A stretch of DNA of 64,000 nt, from NCBI GenBank assembly GCA_035700225.1, contig DASSOT010000003.1, positions 111-64,110 on the forward strand. The letters are read 5' to 3'. This DNA comes from Candidatus Saccharimonadales bacterium. Lineage in GTDB: Bacteria; Patescibacteriota; Saccharimonadia; Saccharimonadales; 2-12-FULL-41-12. Below the pieces are notes generated by a model. It saw only the letters and a list, made by a program, of their open reading frames with translations, was not told the origin of the DNA and searched no databases. The position numbers were made by a program, and so were the translations under genes. Each line of letters starts with the position of its first letter. Position 1 is the stretch's first letter. This document shows, one piece after another, positions 53,301 to 62,229 of this stretch.

Positions 53301-53550
53301 CTATCATCATCTCGGCAAAGCGGCTGACTTTAACTATATCGATGGTGTTTTCATGGGGCCTAGTGACTCGGCCTGGACGGGCGAAAAGCTCAGCGTAGGC
53401 AAGAAACTTGACCAAGATGTGGCGTCCTTTATGCCTAAGAGTACCGGCTTTGGCCAGGAAGGTGGCAGATGCCACCCACATTTTAATTTCCTGGACGGCT
53501 TCGACACCTTTGACGACGCCTGCCACCATCAACACATACAAGTGGAGTAG
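50386..53550 (+). CDS. 1054-aa bitopic protein: disordered cytoplasmic N-terminus, single TM, large extracytoplasmic region ending in an M15/LAS-type zinc metallopeptidase (cell-wall hydrolase) domain
   Basis: TM GMTAGGVVGLVFFLFSLA at about aa 170. C-terminal SYHHLGKAADF (SxHxxGxAxD) plus a downstream HPH (HxH) zinc-ligand pair typical of VanY/M15 peptidases. Confidence 0.6.
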   Translation: MADDPAEKPDGVYDEPGASDLQVPSGSGYMPRGEKPRRTPHEPVYEDDSDGQVAQAGMGPPGQGGDEHGGRRRLGSPSWADRMRQRRSMANRRQGRGHGRSRGDINNSEENAEEPAPTRADDKERSQVGDGGGEEDKGSSLYNPTDAALPANVRIAKQLAKAFMSKKGRRGMTAGGVVGLVFFLFSLAHGPLEIIHIGMLLQKAHFSNQEGVGDLTMSRLYRFIRSGGDVGETRIGWYESRVKNKMLADLKKIGLEPEFTSASSIYESFKVDTTDSKSPYYNMTEDELRTELSKKGYDFDGTSEVSKGKYSVKLGNDFTRRKSLTLLVKETGRKGLFASLKARPLKKYGWVDWHPIHPLDRKVNDSIDKLYKNWKQKRAEKRAGRGKPATIDSTNAKEQTVDADGNTVDNPIADGSVQTVDDTSKSAQLIQDLKTSSGLKITGGVAAAAGVACAVKEINDNYSLIQYLDFIKPVIQIGMDAVTIANQAMSGVGGIDLLQAGFVARDFLQKDKDTGKVVSSWDEAKTFRAGEGKKGGKDLDKRTKEEFSKGAPWWINWTGKDPAKGVLKPLCSTAGTIATGAISVGIDVITGHSVSTLANLVGSYFAGPVIIDKISHLLVGDALDLDNVAGATWGNLANYGTRFAANGMALLDGGVKLTHLDEIALNNERLQDEQQEFNNRSFAYRMFNPYDTRSLASAVIDDTPALSMNNLSSVFQSFPSLFSSAFKFPSGLLSGTVSAQRFTAPPYDYPFPSIGFSIEDRDNSKVIDPIENDHKVAKILDNNGEGGNPDYIERAKECFNVDIKKESAGGWNATPGENDDEFFSKLYTDEYPDGCTDKSLEWIRVRSFILQVQTMKAYACWADDEEACAELGYNDSSVTGGGSPGVLPSGSAQALAGQLIGFINSGKISCNGQASDCPDIKNTANGTSIKGGACNVDALDAKLLGMMLELAQMGHTFVFSALCTDHPSNPASYHHLGKAADFNYIDGVFMGPSDSAWTGEKLSVGKKLDQDVASFMPKSTGFGQEGGRCHPHFNFLDGFDTFDDACHHQHIQVE

Positions 53551-53552
53551 TC

Positions 53553-55913
53553 ATGTTAAATAGAATTCTTCTCGCAATAGCCGCACTCTTCCTTACATCT
53601 TATACGATTATTGTCCCCCAGGTAGCAAGAGCTCTTCCGGCCGCACAGAAACAACTTTTTGGCAAAAACATAAGGTATTTTGATCTTGGGTGCGATACCA
53701 CGGGCACAACTCCAGCCACTGGGGGCGCCACTGACCTAGACGGTAAAAAAGTGTACATGGTGGGAGATTCTATAACCGAAATAACGACGCCTCAATTGGA
53801 ACAAGCATTCAAAGACGCAGGTGCTAACCCAACGGTGGACGGTGTGGGTGGTGCCGCAATAGTACCCGAGAATACGCCCGACACTATTTTGAGCGGAGTG
53901 GAAATAGTAGAGAAGGATAAGGCAACCATCAGAGATGCGGGAGTCATTGTCGTAGCTCTGGGCACCAACGAATATCCGGACGTCTTTGAAGAACACTTAA
54001 AAGAACTATTCAACAAGATCAGGAATATTAACGAGTCATCACCTATATATTGGGTTAATACCTTTACTTCGGATGACGGTGGCGGCAACCCGGCCTATAC
54101 CACGGCTGGGGCCGAAAAGAAAAACAAGATAATAGACAAGCAGTCTACCAGACTGGGCTTTAACGTAGTAGATGTAAAATCGGCCAATATTAAAACCACT
54201 GACGGTATCCACCCGTTTAACGATAAAGAAAAATATGCCAAGACTGTGGTTGACGGTGTTTCTGGTGGTGCACCATCAGGAGGGGGTGGTGGGGGGGGCG
54301 GTTCAGGGCCTTCTTCGGTAACGGCCGGAAACATACCTGCGGAAGGAAAAGATGTGGGTGCTACTGAGTATACCGGAAGTACCGGATACAGAGGAGATGA
54401 CCTGACCACTACTTATGCTTATGCTGAGTTGGTGCCCGGAGGTCACGGTACAGCAACCGAAGATACTGCTAAAGCTATGGGCGGGCTAAAATATAAGCAA
54501 AAACTTGCCATAACTCTTAATGGCAAAACTGTAGTTGCGCAAAAACTTGATATTGGCCTTGGCGGGGGACCGATAAACGGCCACGACAGGGCAATAGATC
54601 TGCACTTTGACAAGACCGCGTCTTCACTTGGGATTTCCAGCCCTGCAAGCTGGGCCGGTGTTGTCCATGTCCAGGCTGTTTCGGACAGCACCCCTCTTGG
54701 ACCCACAGACACAATACCTACCGCCGAACCGCCTGCCGCAGGCGCCGGCGGTTCTTGCTCCTGCCCGGCCGGTGGCGAGGGGTTAGACACTACGCTTACC
54801 GGTAGCGACCATGTTGAACAAGCATACAATTTCTTTGTCGGCAAGGGGCTTACCCCTTTGCAGTCGTCGATAATAGTCGGTGTAATAATGGAAGAGTCCG
54901 GTCACGAGCTTGATACCACCGCAACAAACCCTTCTACCGGGGCTTACGGTATTGCCCAGTGGACAAACCCTCCCTACAGCAACAGATTGCCAGAACTAAA
55001 AGATTTTGCGCGCTCCCAAGGAAAGCCTGCCAGCGATTTTGCCACACAGCTTAATTTTATGTGGAAAGAGCTTACGGGGGGCTATACAAGTACTTTGAAT
55101 AAGTTAAAGAGCGTGAGTTCGCCAAGCGAATTGGATCAGGCGGTTTATGATTTTGAGGCTACTTATGAAGTTTCTGGCCATCAGCTTATACCCGAAAGAC
55201 AAGATAATGCTCGGTTCGTGTTCAGCCACTATGGCGGCGGGGTGGCGGGACCTGGCGGGGGAAGCGTGACCATAGACGGCGGGGGAAGCTGTAGCGAGCC
55301 TTCGGTTGAGGATGCTAACCTGAGCAAAACCATCACAGTGAGCACTAAGGGTAAATTTATCACGTTGCCAAGTAAATATTCGTGCCCCGGTCGTACAACT
55401 GTAATAGATTCGCGCGTGGCTCCAGGTCTTGCATATTTATTAACCAAATATGATATGTGTGCCGCTGATGGATTAGCGGACGGACATAAAAGCCATGGAG
55501 CCGGGATTTCCGTTGACCTTGCACCAAAAAGTGGAAATTCCAAAGAGGTATGGAAAAATTCAACAGAGGCCGCGGCACGAGCTATCGGCTGGTTTGGCGA
55601 CGGTGCTACAGATCCTATAGGGTCACAACACGGCTGTGCTTTCTACGACGGGGGTTATGGCCAGTGTATGCACATAATACATCCGGATAAAATTCCTAAG
55701 TGGGTGCGCTGGATCGGCTATAACGGAGATATCGACCATGGCGACCCCTGGCATTGCCAAAGTAACGGCGGGTCTTGTTATCCGCACTTGCACATCAGCT
55801 GGGACTCACCTAATGGGGATGCGACCTCGGCAACGTCAATACCGGAGCCAATACCTGAAGTTTATACATTTCCTGCCCCTGTTCCTGATGATTTGAGGGG
55901 GTTGTTGGAGTGA
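53553..55913 (+). CDS. 786-aa secreted multi-domain cell-wall hydrolase: SGNH/GDSL esterase, RlpA/3D-like barrel, SLT-like lytic transglycosylase and C-terminal LAS-like metallopeptidase motifs
   Basis: Signal peptide. KVYMVGDSITE (SGNH block I). Poly-Gly linker GGGGGGGGSG. IVGVIMEESGHE...GAYGIAQWT (SLT catalytic Glu plus GxxQ). HKSHGAGISVDL...HLHISW (HxxGxSxD...HxH). Confidence 0.6.
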   Translation: MLNRILLAIAALFLTSYTIIVPQVARALPAAQKQLFGKNIRYFDLGCDTTGTTPATGGATDLDGKKVYMVGDSITEITTPQLEQAFKDAGANPTVDGVGGAAIVPENTPDTILSGVEIVEKDKATIRDAGVIVVALGTNEYPDVFEEHLKELFNKIRNINESSPIYWVNTFTSDDGGGNPAYTTAGAEKKNKIIDKQSTRLGFNVVDVKSANIKTTDGIHPFNDKEKYAKTVVDGVSGGAPSGGGGGGGGSGPSSVTAGNIPAEGKDVGATEYTGSTGYRGDDLTTTYAYAELVPGGHGTATEDTAKAMGGLKYKQKLAITLNGKTVVAQKLDIGLGGGPINGHDRAIDLHFDKTASSLGISSPASWAGVVHVQAVSDSTPLGPTDTIPTAEPPAAGAGGSCSCPAGGEGLDTTLTGSDHVEQAYNFFVGKGLTPLQSSIIVGVIMEESGHELDTTATNPSTGAYGIAQWTNPPYSNRLPELKDFARSQGKPASDFATQLNFMWKELTGGYTSTLNKLKSVSSPSELDQAVYDFEATYEVSGHQLIPERQDNARFVFSHYGGGVAGPGGGSVTIDGGGSCSEPSVEDANLSKTITVSTKGKFITLPSKYSCPGRTTVIDSRVAPGLAYLLTKYDMCAADGLADGHKSHGAGISVDLAPKSGNSKEVWKNSTEAAARAIGWFGDGATDPIGSQHGCAFYDGGYGQCMHIIHPDKIPKWVRWIGYNGDIDHGDPWHCQSNGGSCYPHLHISWDSPNGDATSATSIPEPIPEVYTFPAPVPDDLRGLLE

Positions 55914-55967
55914 TTATGAACATGGCTCTCAGTACTAGGTGTAGAATAAAAAAGAACAGCGAACTAT

Positions 55968-57386
55968 ATGGTAAATGAAAATACTAACTGGCGGAAAATT
56001 GTAGCACTCTTTGTCTCGGCTACCGTGATATTCCTGGTTATAATATGGGTCAATAAGTCCTTAACTACAGGCCAAATAACCGCCACATCCGATAATTCGG
56101 AGAATCGCTTAAAGATAGAAAGGATTTTAGAAAATAATCAAGATAAGCCTTTTTCCGCGGAGGGGCAGGGGAAACTTACGGTTCACGTCAAGCCGGGAAG
56201 GTACAATGTGTCTGTTTATAGTGAGTCTGGTGTATATGGTTCCAGCCAAGTAGTCCGGATAAAAGCGCGGGAGAAAAAAAGCGTCGTGCTGAACTCGATA
56301 CAGCCCTCAGAAACAGAGCCGGTTTATGGCCAGGAAGTTGTTGGTGTAACCGTTAACGATACGAGTCTTATGTTCTTGGATTCCCTTACCCAGAAACTCA
56401 AGGAAGTTGGCCCAGACAATAAGCTCAACGATATGTTCCCGGGTACGAAAATAGAAGATATTTCTTGGGCCAAGCCGGGCCTCGGTGTTGCGCTGGGTGC
56501 AAAGAACAGCCTCTTTTTGATAAGGTCTGGTTCGATTAAACCGATTAACCCGCCCTTTTCTATAGAAAAGGGGGCCGCGGTTAGCTTAAAAATGATTGAC
56601 AAAAAGCATGTTTATTTAAGCATTGGCCGCGATATTTACTCTGGCCAGGCAAGCGGCAACTTTAAGAAAATATATACCGCCAGCGCTAGCGCGTTACAGA
56701 TTACGGCTAGTCGCGAAGCCCTGGCCGTTATAGAGTTTGGCAGAAACGAAGGGGCTAATTCTTTCCTTGTTATATCAAAAGGTGGCAAAAAAATTGCAAG
56801 TAAGGACATTGATGCTAGAAACTCTGCCTGGTCTCCAGACGGTAAACGACTCTTAATCAGCGAGGCGGGGAAAGTGGGCGTATATGATAATTCCTTGAAT
56901 CAACTTTCCTCAGTACCTTCGAATAAATCTTCCGCTCTTGCATGGATGGACAGAGACTCCTTTTTATATGGTTACGGTAACCAACTTATGATCTACAATC
57001 TCACCAACCAAAAATCACACCAGTTAGCCCTCGTGCCTGGCCGAGGAGCTATCACGGGGATTTATCCGGACGAGAATAGGTCTTATATATATTTTTCTAC
57101 TCAGGCAACAGCAGTGGATGGAAGCGAAAGAGATCGTCTTTATAGGGTGGGGCTAAAAGGCCAAGAAAGGCCTGATTATCTGGCTGGTTTTAGCATATTT
57201 ATGCCTGAACATCTGGATTATTGTTACCTTGATTATATAAACTTCAAAAAACCGACGATATTAATAAGTTATCCTTCCGCGGAATCCGCCCGGGTCTGTC
57301 GCATAGCCGCGGAAACGGAGTTAAAAAACTATAATATCAGCCCTGCAAGGGTTGAGTTCCAGTTCTTTCCATACTACGGCGATTGA
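55968..57386 (+). CDS. membrane-anchored PD40/TolB-like beta-propeller protein
   Basis: N-terminal TM (IVALFVSATVIFLVIIWV) and PD40 repeat signature NSAWSPDGKRLLIS. Confidence 0.45.
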   Translation: MVNENTNWRKIVALFVSATVIFLVIIWVNKSLTTGQITATSDNSENRLKIERILENNQDKPFSAEGQGKLTVHVKPGRYNVSVYSESGVYGSSQVVRIKAREKKSVVLNSIQPSETEPVYGQEVVGVTVNDTSLMFLDSLTQKLKEVGPDNKLNDMFPGTKIEDISWAKPGLGVALGAKNSLFLIRSGSIKPINPPFSIEKGAAVSLKMIDKKHVYLSIGRDIYSGQASGNFKKIYTASASALQITASREALAVIEFGRNEGANSFLVISKGGKKIASKDIDARNSAWSPDGKRLLISEAGKVGVYDNSLNQLSSVPSNKSSALAWMDRDSFLYGYGNQLMIYNLTNQKSHQLALVPGRGAITGIYPDENRSYIYFSTQATAVDGSERDRLYRVGLKGQERPDYLAGFSIFMPEHLDYCYLDYINFKKPTILISYPSAESARVCRIAAETELKNYNISPARVEFQFFPYYGD

Positions 57387-57444
57387 CGGCCTCTTGATTA
57401 TTTTGGTAATTTATGGTAATATATCTATATTCTAGGAGTTTTGT

Positions 57445-58083
57445 ATGAGTAGCCCGGAATCTAAGACAAAGTTTTTTGACCTGGCTGACAGATATAAGCG
57501 GACAAGGGCGGGGTTGGCGGTCATGTTGTCTGCGGCGGCACTGGTCGGTGCCGGTTGTGGCAACTCGGACAATGAAACCGCTCCTGTACATAATACGGCT
57601 CCAAAACCCGCAAAAACACCTAAGCCGGAAGGCGGCCAGCCTTCGCAGGCCCAGCAAAAACCAGAGAAAGAAAACTACTCTCCCGCCGATGTCATAAGTG
57701 TTGTAAGAGCACATTTTAATGCCGGCAGGACGGGTAATGCTAAAGAAGTCTGCGAAACGGAATATAGCGCTGAAAACTGGGGTGATTACACACCTTGCCC
57801 GGACTATACGGGATCCGGCAAACCTATGCCGGGCACTGAAGGGTCTGAGGTAGTAGAGATAGACGAAGTAACCGGTGATGAAAGCAGTCCTTGCGTGCCT
57901 TTCCCCCTTCCGAACGTGGCGCCTCCCAGGGGTGAGGTCCAGGCCGCCCGCGAATCACAACCTACCAGGATAGTCGAATCACAAAACGCCGCCGGGGAAA
58001 CCTATTGTTCAGAACTTCTGCAGGACGGAACACAAGGCGGAGCCTGGAGGATAGACCTCACCAACACGGTTGCAGGCAACTAG
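57445..58083 (+). CDS. putative lipoprotein / secreted P/E/K-rich protein
   Basis: Signal peptide ending LVGAGCGNS (lipobox-like), P/K/E-rich linker, and small Cys-containing C-terminal domain. Confidence 0.4.
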   Translation: MSSPESKTKFFDLADRYKRTRAGLAVMLSAAALVGAGCGNSDNETAPVHNTAPKPAKTPKPEGGQPSQAQQKPEKENYSPADVISVVRAHFNAGRTGNAKEVCETEYSAENWGDYTPCPDYTGSGKPMPGTEGSEVVEIDEVTGDESSPCVPFPLPNVAPPRGEVQAARESQPTRIVESQNAAGETYCSELLQDGTQGGAWRIDLTNTVAGN

Positions 58084-59141
58084 GCCAGGGCTATTATCTG
58101 ACAGTTTTGGGAAAAGTTCTTTAGTACGACATCCGCGTCGGTCGTGGTTATTATCGTCTGATATTTATTCAAAAACCTGGTCAGGGCTTTTCTTCTGGCG
58201 CCGTCGAGTTCGCTGAAAACATCGTCAAGCAGTAGTAGTGGTCGGGTGCCGAACTTTTCTTCCAGTATTTCCAGCTCTATTATTTTAAGTGCCAGTAAAA
58301 GCGTGCGGGTTTCTCCCCTGGAGGCGGTTTCCGATATCAGCTGTCCGTCTAAAGTGATCACAAAATCTTCCCTGTGCGGTCCGCTTCCGGTAAAACCCCT
58401 GGCTCTGTCCAAGTCCAGGTCCGCTTCAAGCTTGTTGAGCAAGCTCGCCGAATAATTACGTGTGTTAAAAGGGGACTTGTAGCCCATGTTCAGCTTTGTC
58501 TTTTTACCTGAGATGTCCGAGTATGTTCGGCTGAGCTTTTCATTTATCAGATCAATGGTAGCGAGGCGTTTTTTGACTATGTTCTCGGCAAGCTCGCAAA
58601 GGCGGATGTTCCATACGAACAGCTGGCTTTTGTCCAGGTGTGGGCTTTTGAGCAGGGCGTTCCTCTGTACCAGGGCGCGCTTGTAGCGCAGAAGGGTGCT
58701 TGCAAAGCCTTCGCTGATATCAGAAGAAAGTCGGTCCAGATACTCTCTTCTGGCTTGGGGCTCACCATGCACCAGCAGTAGGTTGTTCGGCTCGAACAAC
58801 ACTGCCGGGTGTTTTTGCTGATTGCCAAGTCTTTTGTATATTTTGTCGTTTATCGCGTATTCGATACCAAGCCTGTCATTGCTCACTTCAAGGGTTATTT
58901 TGGCTGTTCTAGCTTTATTTTCTTCCGTGTGCACATCTATGCGAGCCCACCCCGCCTTTTGTTTTATAAGCCCGGTCTTGCCCCTGTACGCATGCCCGCT
59001 GGTAACCAGCAGTATCGCTTCTATCAGGTTGGATTTGCCGGCGGCGTTGGGTCCTACGATTATCGTCACGCCTCCATCGAACTCAAAGGAAGAGTCTTTA
59101 TAAGATCTGTAGTTCTGTAGTCTTATGTCTGTGAACACCAT
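58080..59141 (-). CDS. recF: DNA replication and repair protein RecF
   Basis: Walker A GPNAAGKSNLIEAI, ABC-like signature and Walker B LLLLDDVFSELD; synteny dnaA-dnaN-recF. Confidence 0.85.
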   Translation of the reverse strand: MVFTDIRLQNYRSYKDSSFEFDGGVTIIVGPNAAGKSNLIEAILLVTSGHAYRGKTGLIKQKAGWARIDVHTEENKARTAKITLEVSNDRLGIEYAINDKIYKRLGNQQKHPAVLFEPNNLLLVHGEPQARREYLDRLSSDISEGFASTLLRYKRALVQRNALLKSPHLDKSQLFVWNIRLCELAENIVKKRLATIDLINEKLSRTYSDISGKKTKLNMGYKSPFNTRNYSASLLNKLEADLDLDRARGFTGSGPHREDFVITLDGQLISETASRGETRTLLLALKIIELEILEEKFGTRPLLLLDDVFSELDGARRKALTRFLNKYQTIITTTDADVVLKNFSQNCQIIALA

Positions 59142-59161
59142 GCGGTGTTATTATCCCACGC

Positions 59162-60253
59162 TTAGCTCTTAAGCGGCATTATCACGTGCAGATAGCTGTC
59201 GTCCCCCTGGCCCTTGATAATGAAGGGTTCGAGCTTTTCGTTGAAGCCCAGGAAAACCTCATCGTTGTCCAAAACATTCAGCGCGTCGATTATATAACGC
59301 GAGTTCAGTGTGATTTCGCCGTCTCCGGTCGTTTTGGCGTCTGCTTTGGCGGAGTTTTCGCCCAGCTGGGAAGCGATAGAGTCTATGCTTATCTTTTTAT
59401 CCTTGCTGTCGACGTTTACTTTGACGCTGCCGGCGGTTTCGCGGGCGAACAGGCTGGAAACCTTGGTGATGTTGGCAATGTCGCCCCTGGCTACGACAGC
59501 GCTGGTCTGAAACTTGTTCGGTATCAGCTTTTTGTAGTCCGGGAATTTGCCGTCTATCAGCCTGGTTACCAGCTCCACGTCGCCTTTTTGGAACAATATC
59601 TGTTGTTCGTCGCTGGTTACCTCGACGTCTTCGTCGCTATCATCAAGGAGTCTGAGTAAATCCTGCACGGCGCTTGCAGGTACCAAAACGCCTATCTCTT
59701 GTTTCATCGGCATAAGTTTCTTTTCTGCCAGGCGGTAGCTATCTGTAGCCACCACGTACAGATTGCCGTCCTGGGTGAAGAAGTTGACGCCCGTCAAAAC
59801 CGGTCTAGCATCGTCATTACTGGCGGAAATTACCACTTGTGAAAGCGCTTTTTTGAGTTCTTTTGAGGATATCTTCCACTTCTTGCCGTCTTTTATCTTC
59901 GGCATCACCGGATAATCATCCGCCGGTACACCGTTGATGACGGATTTGTGCTGGTCTGTGCTGATGTGCAATTTGTTATCTTCCAGACTGACATCTATGA
60001 CGCCTCCTGGCAGGCTGGAGATAAAATCCTGCATCAATCTGGCTGGCACGGTTATGGAACCCTCTTCGCTTACCTTGGAGCCGATGTAGTTAGTTATCGC
60101 AATATTCAGGTTGGTAGCGGCTATACACACCCTGTTATCGACGGTTTTTATCAGTACATTTGCAAGTATGGGCAGGGTATTTCGGGTTGTGGCTATGCGG
60201 GCTACGTTGTTCAGAGCTCGGCTTAAGTTTTCCTGGGTGACCTGAATCTTCAT
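59162..60253 (-). CDS. dnaN: DNA polymerase III beta sliding clamp
   Basis: 363 aa, three-domain clamp; N-terminus MKIQVTQENLSRALNNV...TRNTLPILANVLI typical of DnaN. Confidence 0.9.
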   Translation of the reverse strand: MKIQVTQENLSRALNNVARIATTRNTLPILANVLIKTVDNRVCIAATNLNIAITNYIGSKVSEEGSITVPARLMQDFISSLPGGVIDVSLEDNKLHISTDQHKSVINGVPADDYPVMPKIKDGKKWKISSKELKKALSQVVISASNDDARPVLTGVNFFTQDGNLYVVATDSYRLAEKKLMPMKQEIGVLVPASAVQDLLRLLDDSDEDVEVTSDEQQILFQKGDVELVTRLIDGKFPDYKKLIPNKFQTSAVVARGDIANITKVSSLFARETAGSVKVNVDSKDKKISIDSIASQLGENSAKADAKTTGDGEITLNSRYIIDALNVLDNDEVFLGFNEKLEPFIIKGQGDDSYLHVIMPLKS

Positions 60254-60504
60254 ATAATTAATCCTTTTAATTTATTTGATTAGTTTTCATAGTAAAAAGG
60301 TATGTGTAAATGGTGGATAAAAAAGCGCTGACTGTAAGAAATTTCACACTCAAGCTTTGGAAAACTCTGCGCACAAGCCGTGTAAAAGACTGGGTATAAA
60401 GAACTTTATCAACAGGAGAAAAACACAACACGCCTTTTCGTGTGTAAAAAATTTCACTTATGCACACACTTGAGGAGCTTTCGCCCACAGGCGAAACACA
60501 GTTT

Positions 60505-61926
60505 TTAGACATGCAGTTTTTCCTTTATCGCGCTTATTGCCGCCCTTACATCCGGGTCATAGGCTTGTTCTTTATTTATCTTTTCAACGGAATGTATGGC
60601 GGTGGTGTGGTCTTTTCGGCCCAGCTCGCGGGCGATTTTCGGGAAGCTTAGGTGTAGCTCGCTTCTTATTATGAACATGGCTATCTGCCTAGGCACGACG
60701 ATTTCCTTGTCTCTTTTTGGCCCCACGAGATCCTCTACGTCCAGAGAGAAATATCTAGCCGTCTTTTCTATGACCTGGCGCGCATTAAGGTGCCGGGGGC
60801 GGCTTTTCTGGTTGCCAAGCAGTGCGACTGCAACCTCCAGGGTAGGCTCCAGCTGACGCATCTCACAGAAGGCTACGAGCTGGTTCAGCACACCCTCCAA
60901 CTCCCTTATATTGTTCTGGGCGGTGCTTGCGAGGTGCTCCACCAGATCGTGCTGTAATTTTATGCCGTGTTGCTGGGCCTTTGACTGGATGATTACACAC
61001 CTTGTTTCAAAATCCGGCGCTTGCATATCTATGGCCATACCCCACTCAAAACGCGACCGGAGCCTGTCTGTCAGGGTAGGGATGTCCTTGGGCCTCGTGT
61101 CACTGCTGATGATTATCTGTTTGTTGGCCTGATGAAGCGCGTTGAAGGTGTGGAAGAACTCCTCCTGCGTCTTTTCTTTGCCGGCGATGAACTGCACATC
61201 GTCTACTATCAGCACGTCCGCGCCGCGATAATAGTCGGCGAAGTCCGTATTCTTCTTATATCTTATGGCGTCTAAAAATTCTTGGACGAACTGCTCGGTG
61301 GTTATATAGACGACGCGCGAAGCCTTTTTGTTAGCCATAAGCGTATTGCCCACGGCTTGTATGAGGTGTGTCTTGCCGATGCCGACTCCGCCGTAAAGGA
61401 ATAAGGGGTTGTATTTAGAGCCCGGGTTCTGGGCGATGGCCTGGCAGGCGGCGTGCGCCAGTTCGTTGCCCGAGCCGACTATGAAGTTTTCAAAAGTATA
61501 TTTCTCGTTCAACCCGTGCCTGTATGAGTGGGTCAGGCTGGAGGCAGGGGTTTCGACGTTTGGCGTAGTGGTTCCAGCGCTGGAACTGCCCCTGTTAGAT
61601 AAGATTACAGACGTGTCTTCCACTCTGCGGTGCAGGGAGGAGGCGGGCAGTATCTTGTATTCCACGCTGGCAGGCTTGATGCCGTTGTTCTCCAGGGTCT
61701 GGGTGATTATGTCGTTAAACTTGCTTTCGAGTTGTTGTTTTATGAACACATTCGGCGCTCCAACGACCACTTTCTGGTCGTCCAGCTTCATCAGCCGGGT
61801 GTTTTTGAACCAGGTGGCAAAATTTCCTTGCGAGACACTGAGCTCTATTTCGCCCAGCACTGTTTGCCACAATGTGGTGGTGTCCAACGTTTTACTCATC
61901 CCCTCTTTGTTCTTTTTTTCGTTCAC
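60505..61926 (-). CDS. dnaA: chromosomal replication initiator protein DnaA
   Basis: AAA+ Walker A LFLYGGVGIGKTHL and a C-terminal DnaA-box-binding HTH (KDHTTAIHSVEKI). The ORF starts at GTG 61926. An alternative ATG about 61899 (MSKTLDTTTLWQ...) aligns better with DnaA N-termini. Confidence 0.9.
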   Translation of the reverse strand: MNEKKNKEGMSKTLDTTTLWQTVLGEIELSVSQGNFATWFKNTRLMKLDDQKVVVGAPNVFIKQQLESKFNDIITQTLENNGIKPASVEYKILPASSLHRRVEDTSVILSNRGSSSAGTTTPNVETPASSLTHSYRHGLNEKYTFENFIVGSGNELAHAACQAIAQNPGSKYNPLFLYGGVGIGKTHLIQAVGNTLMANKKASRVVYITTEQFVQEFLDAIRYKKNTDFADYYRGADVLIVDDVQFIAGKEKTQEEFFHTFNALHQANKQIIISSDTRPKDIPTLTDRLRSRFEWGMAIDMQAPDFETRCVIIQSKAQQHGIKLQHDLVEHLASTAQNNIRELEGVLNQLVAFCEMRQLEPTLEVAVALLGNQKSRPRHLNARQVIEKTARYFSLDVEDLVGPKRDKEIVVPRQIAMFIIRSELHLSFPKIARELGRKDHTTAIHSVEKINKEQAYDPDVRAAISAIKEKLHV

Positions 61927-62229
61927 GACTCACTATAACCAACCGGGGCAGGGTTTTCCACAGTAATTTTCATAACATTTCACGTTTCATTAAAAAGTTC
62001 CCCAACAGATTAATAGTTATACACAGGATAACAAATAATCAGTTAAATTGTGGAAAAAAGTAACCCCGCAGTGGATAAACACCCCTGATTGTTGGCAATA
62101 ACATTGTCAAAACTACTGCGAAACCAAAAACCTTTTCCAATTCTTATGAACATGTGTTAAGTTGCCAAACCCCGCGCTATTAGCTAATATTTATTAACGC
62201 ATTTAACTAAATAAACCTTAAGGAAAACG
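61927..62229. other. oriC-like region with clustered DnaA boxes between dnaA and rpmH
   Basis: TTTTCCACA (about 61953), TTATACACA (about 62026), TGTGGAAAA (about 62049) and GTGGATAAA (about 62071) are all within 1-2 mismatches of TTATCCACA. AT-rich flanks. A further box-like TGGTGGATAAAA sits in the dnaA-dnaN spacer (about 60311). Confidence 0.6.

Noticed and set aside
36378-58083. Pilin/T4SS region as an integrated conjugative element or prophage
   Set aside because: No integrase, relaxase, coupling protein, terminase or capsid genes are present. No flanking direct repeats were found, and it is not adjacent to a tRNA, so it is treated as a chromosomal locus.
61926-61938. 13-nt exact match to the phage T7 promoter core (ACGACTCACTATA) at the 5' end of dnaA
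   Set aside because: It lacks the upstream TAATACG and the +1 GGG of a functional T7 promoter. It lies in the dnaA start / oriC context with no phage genes nearby, so it is most likely chance, though a 13-mer match is somewhat surprising.
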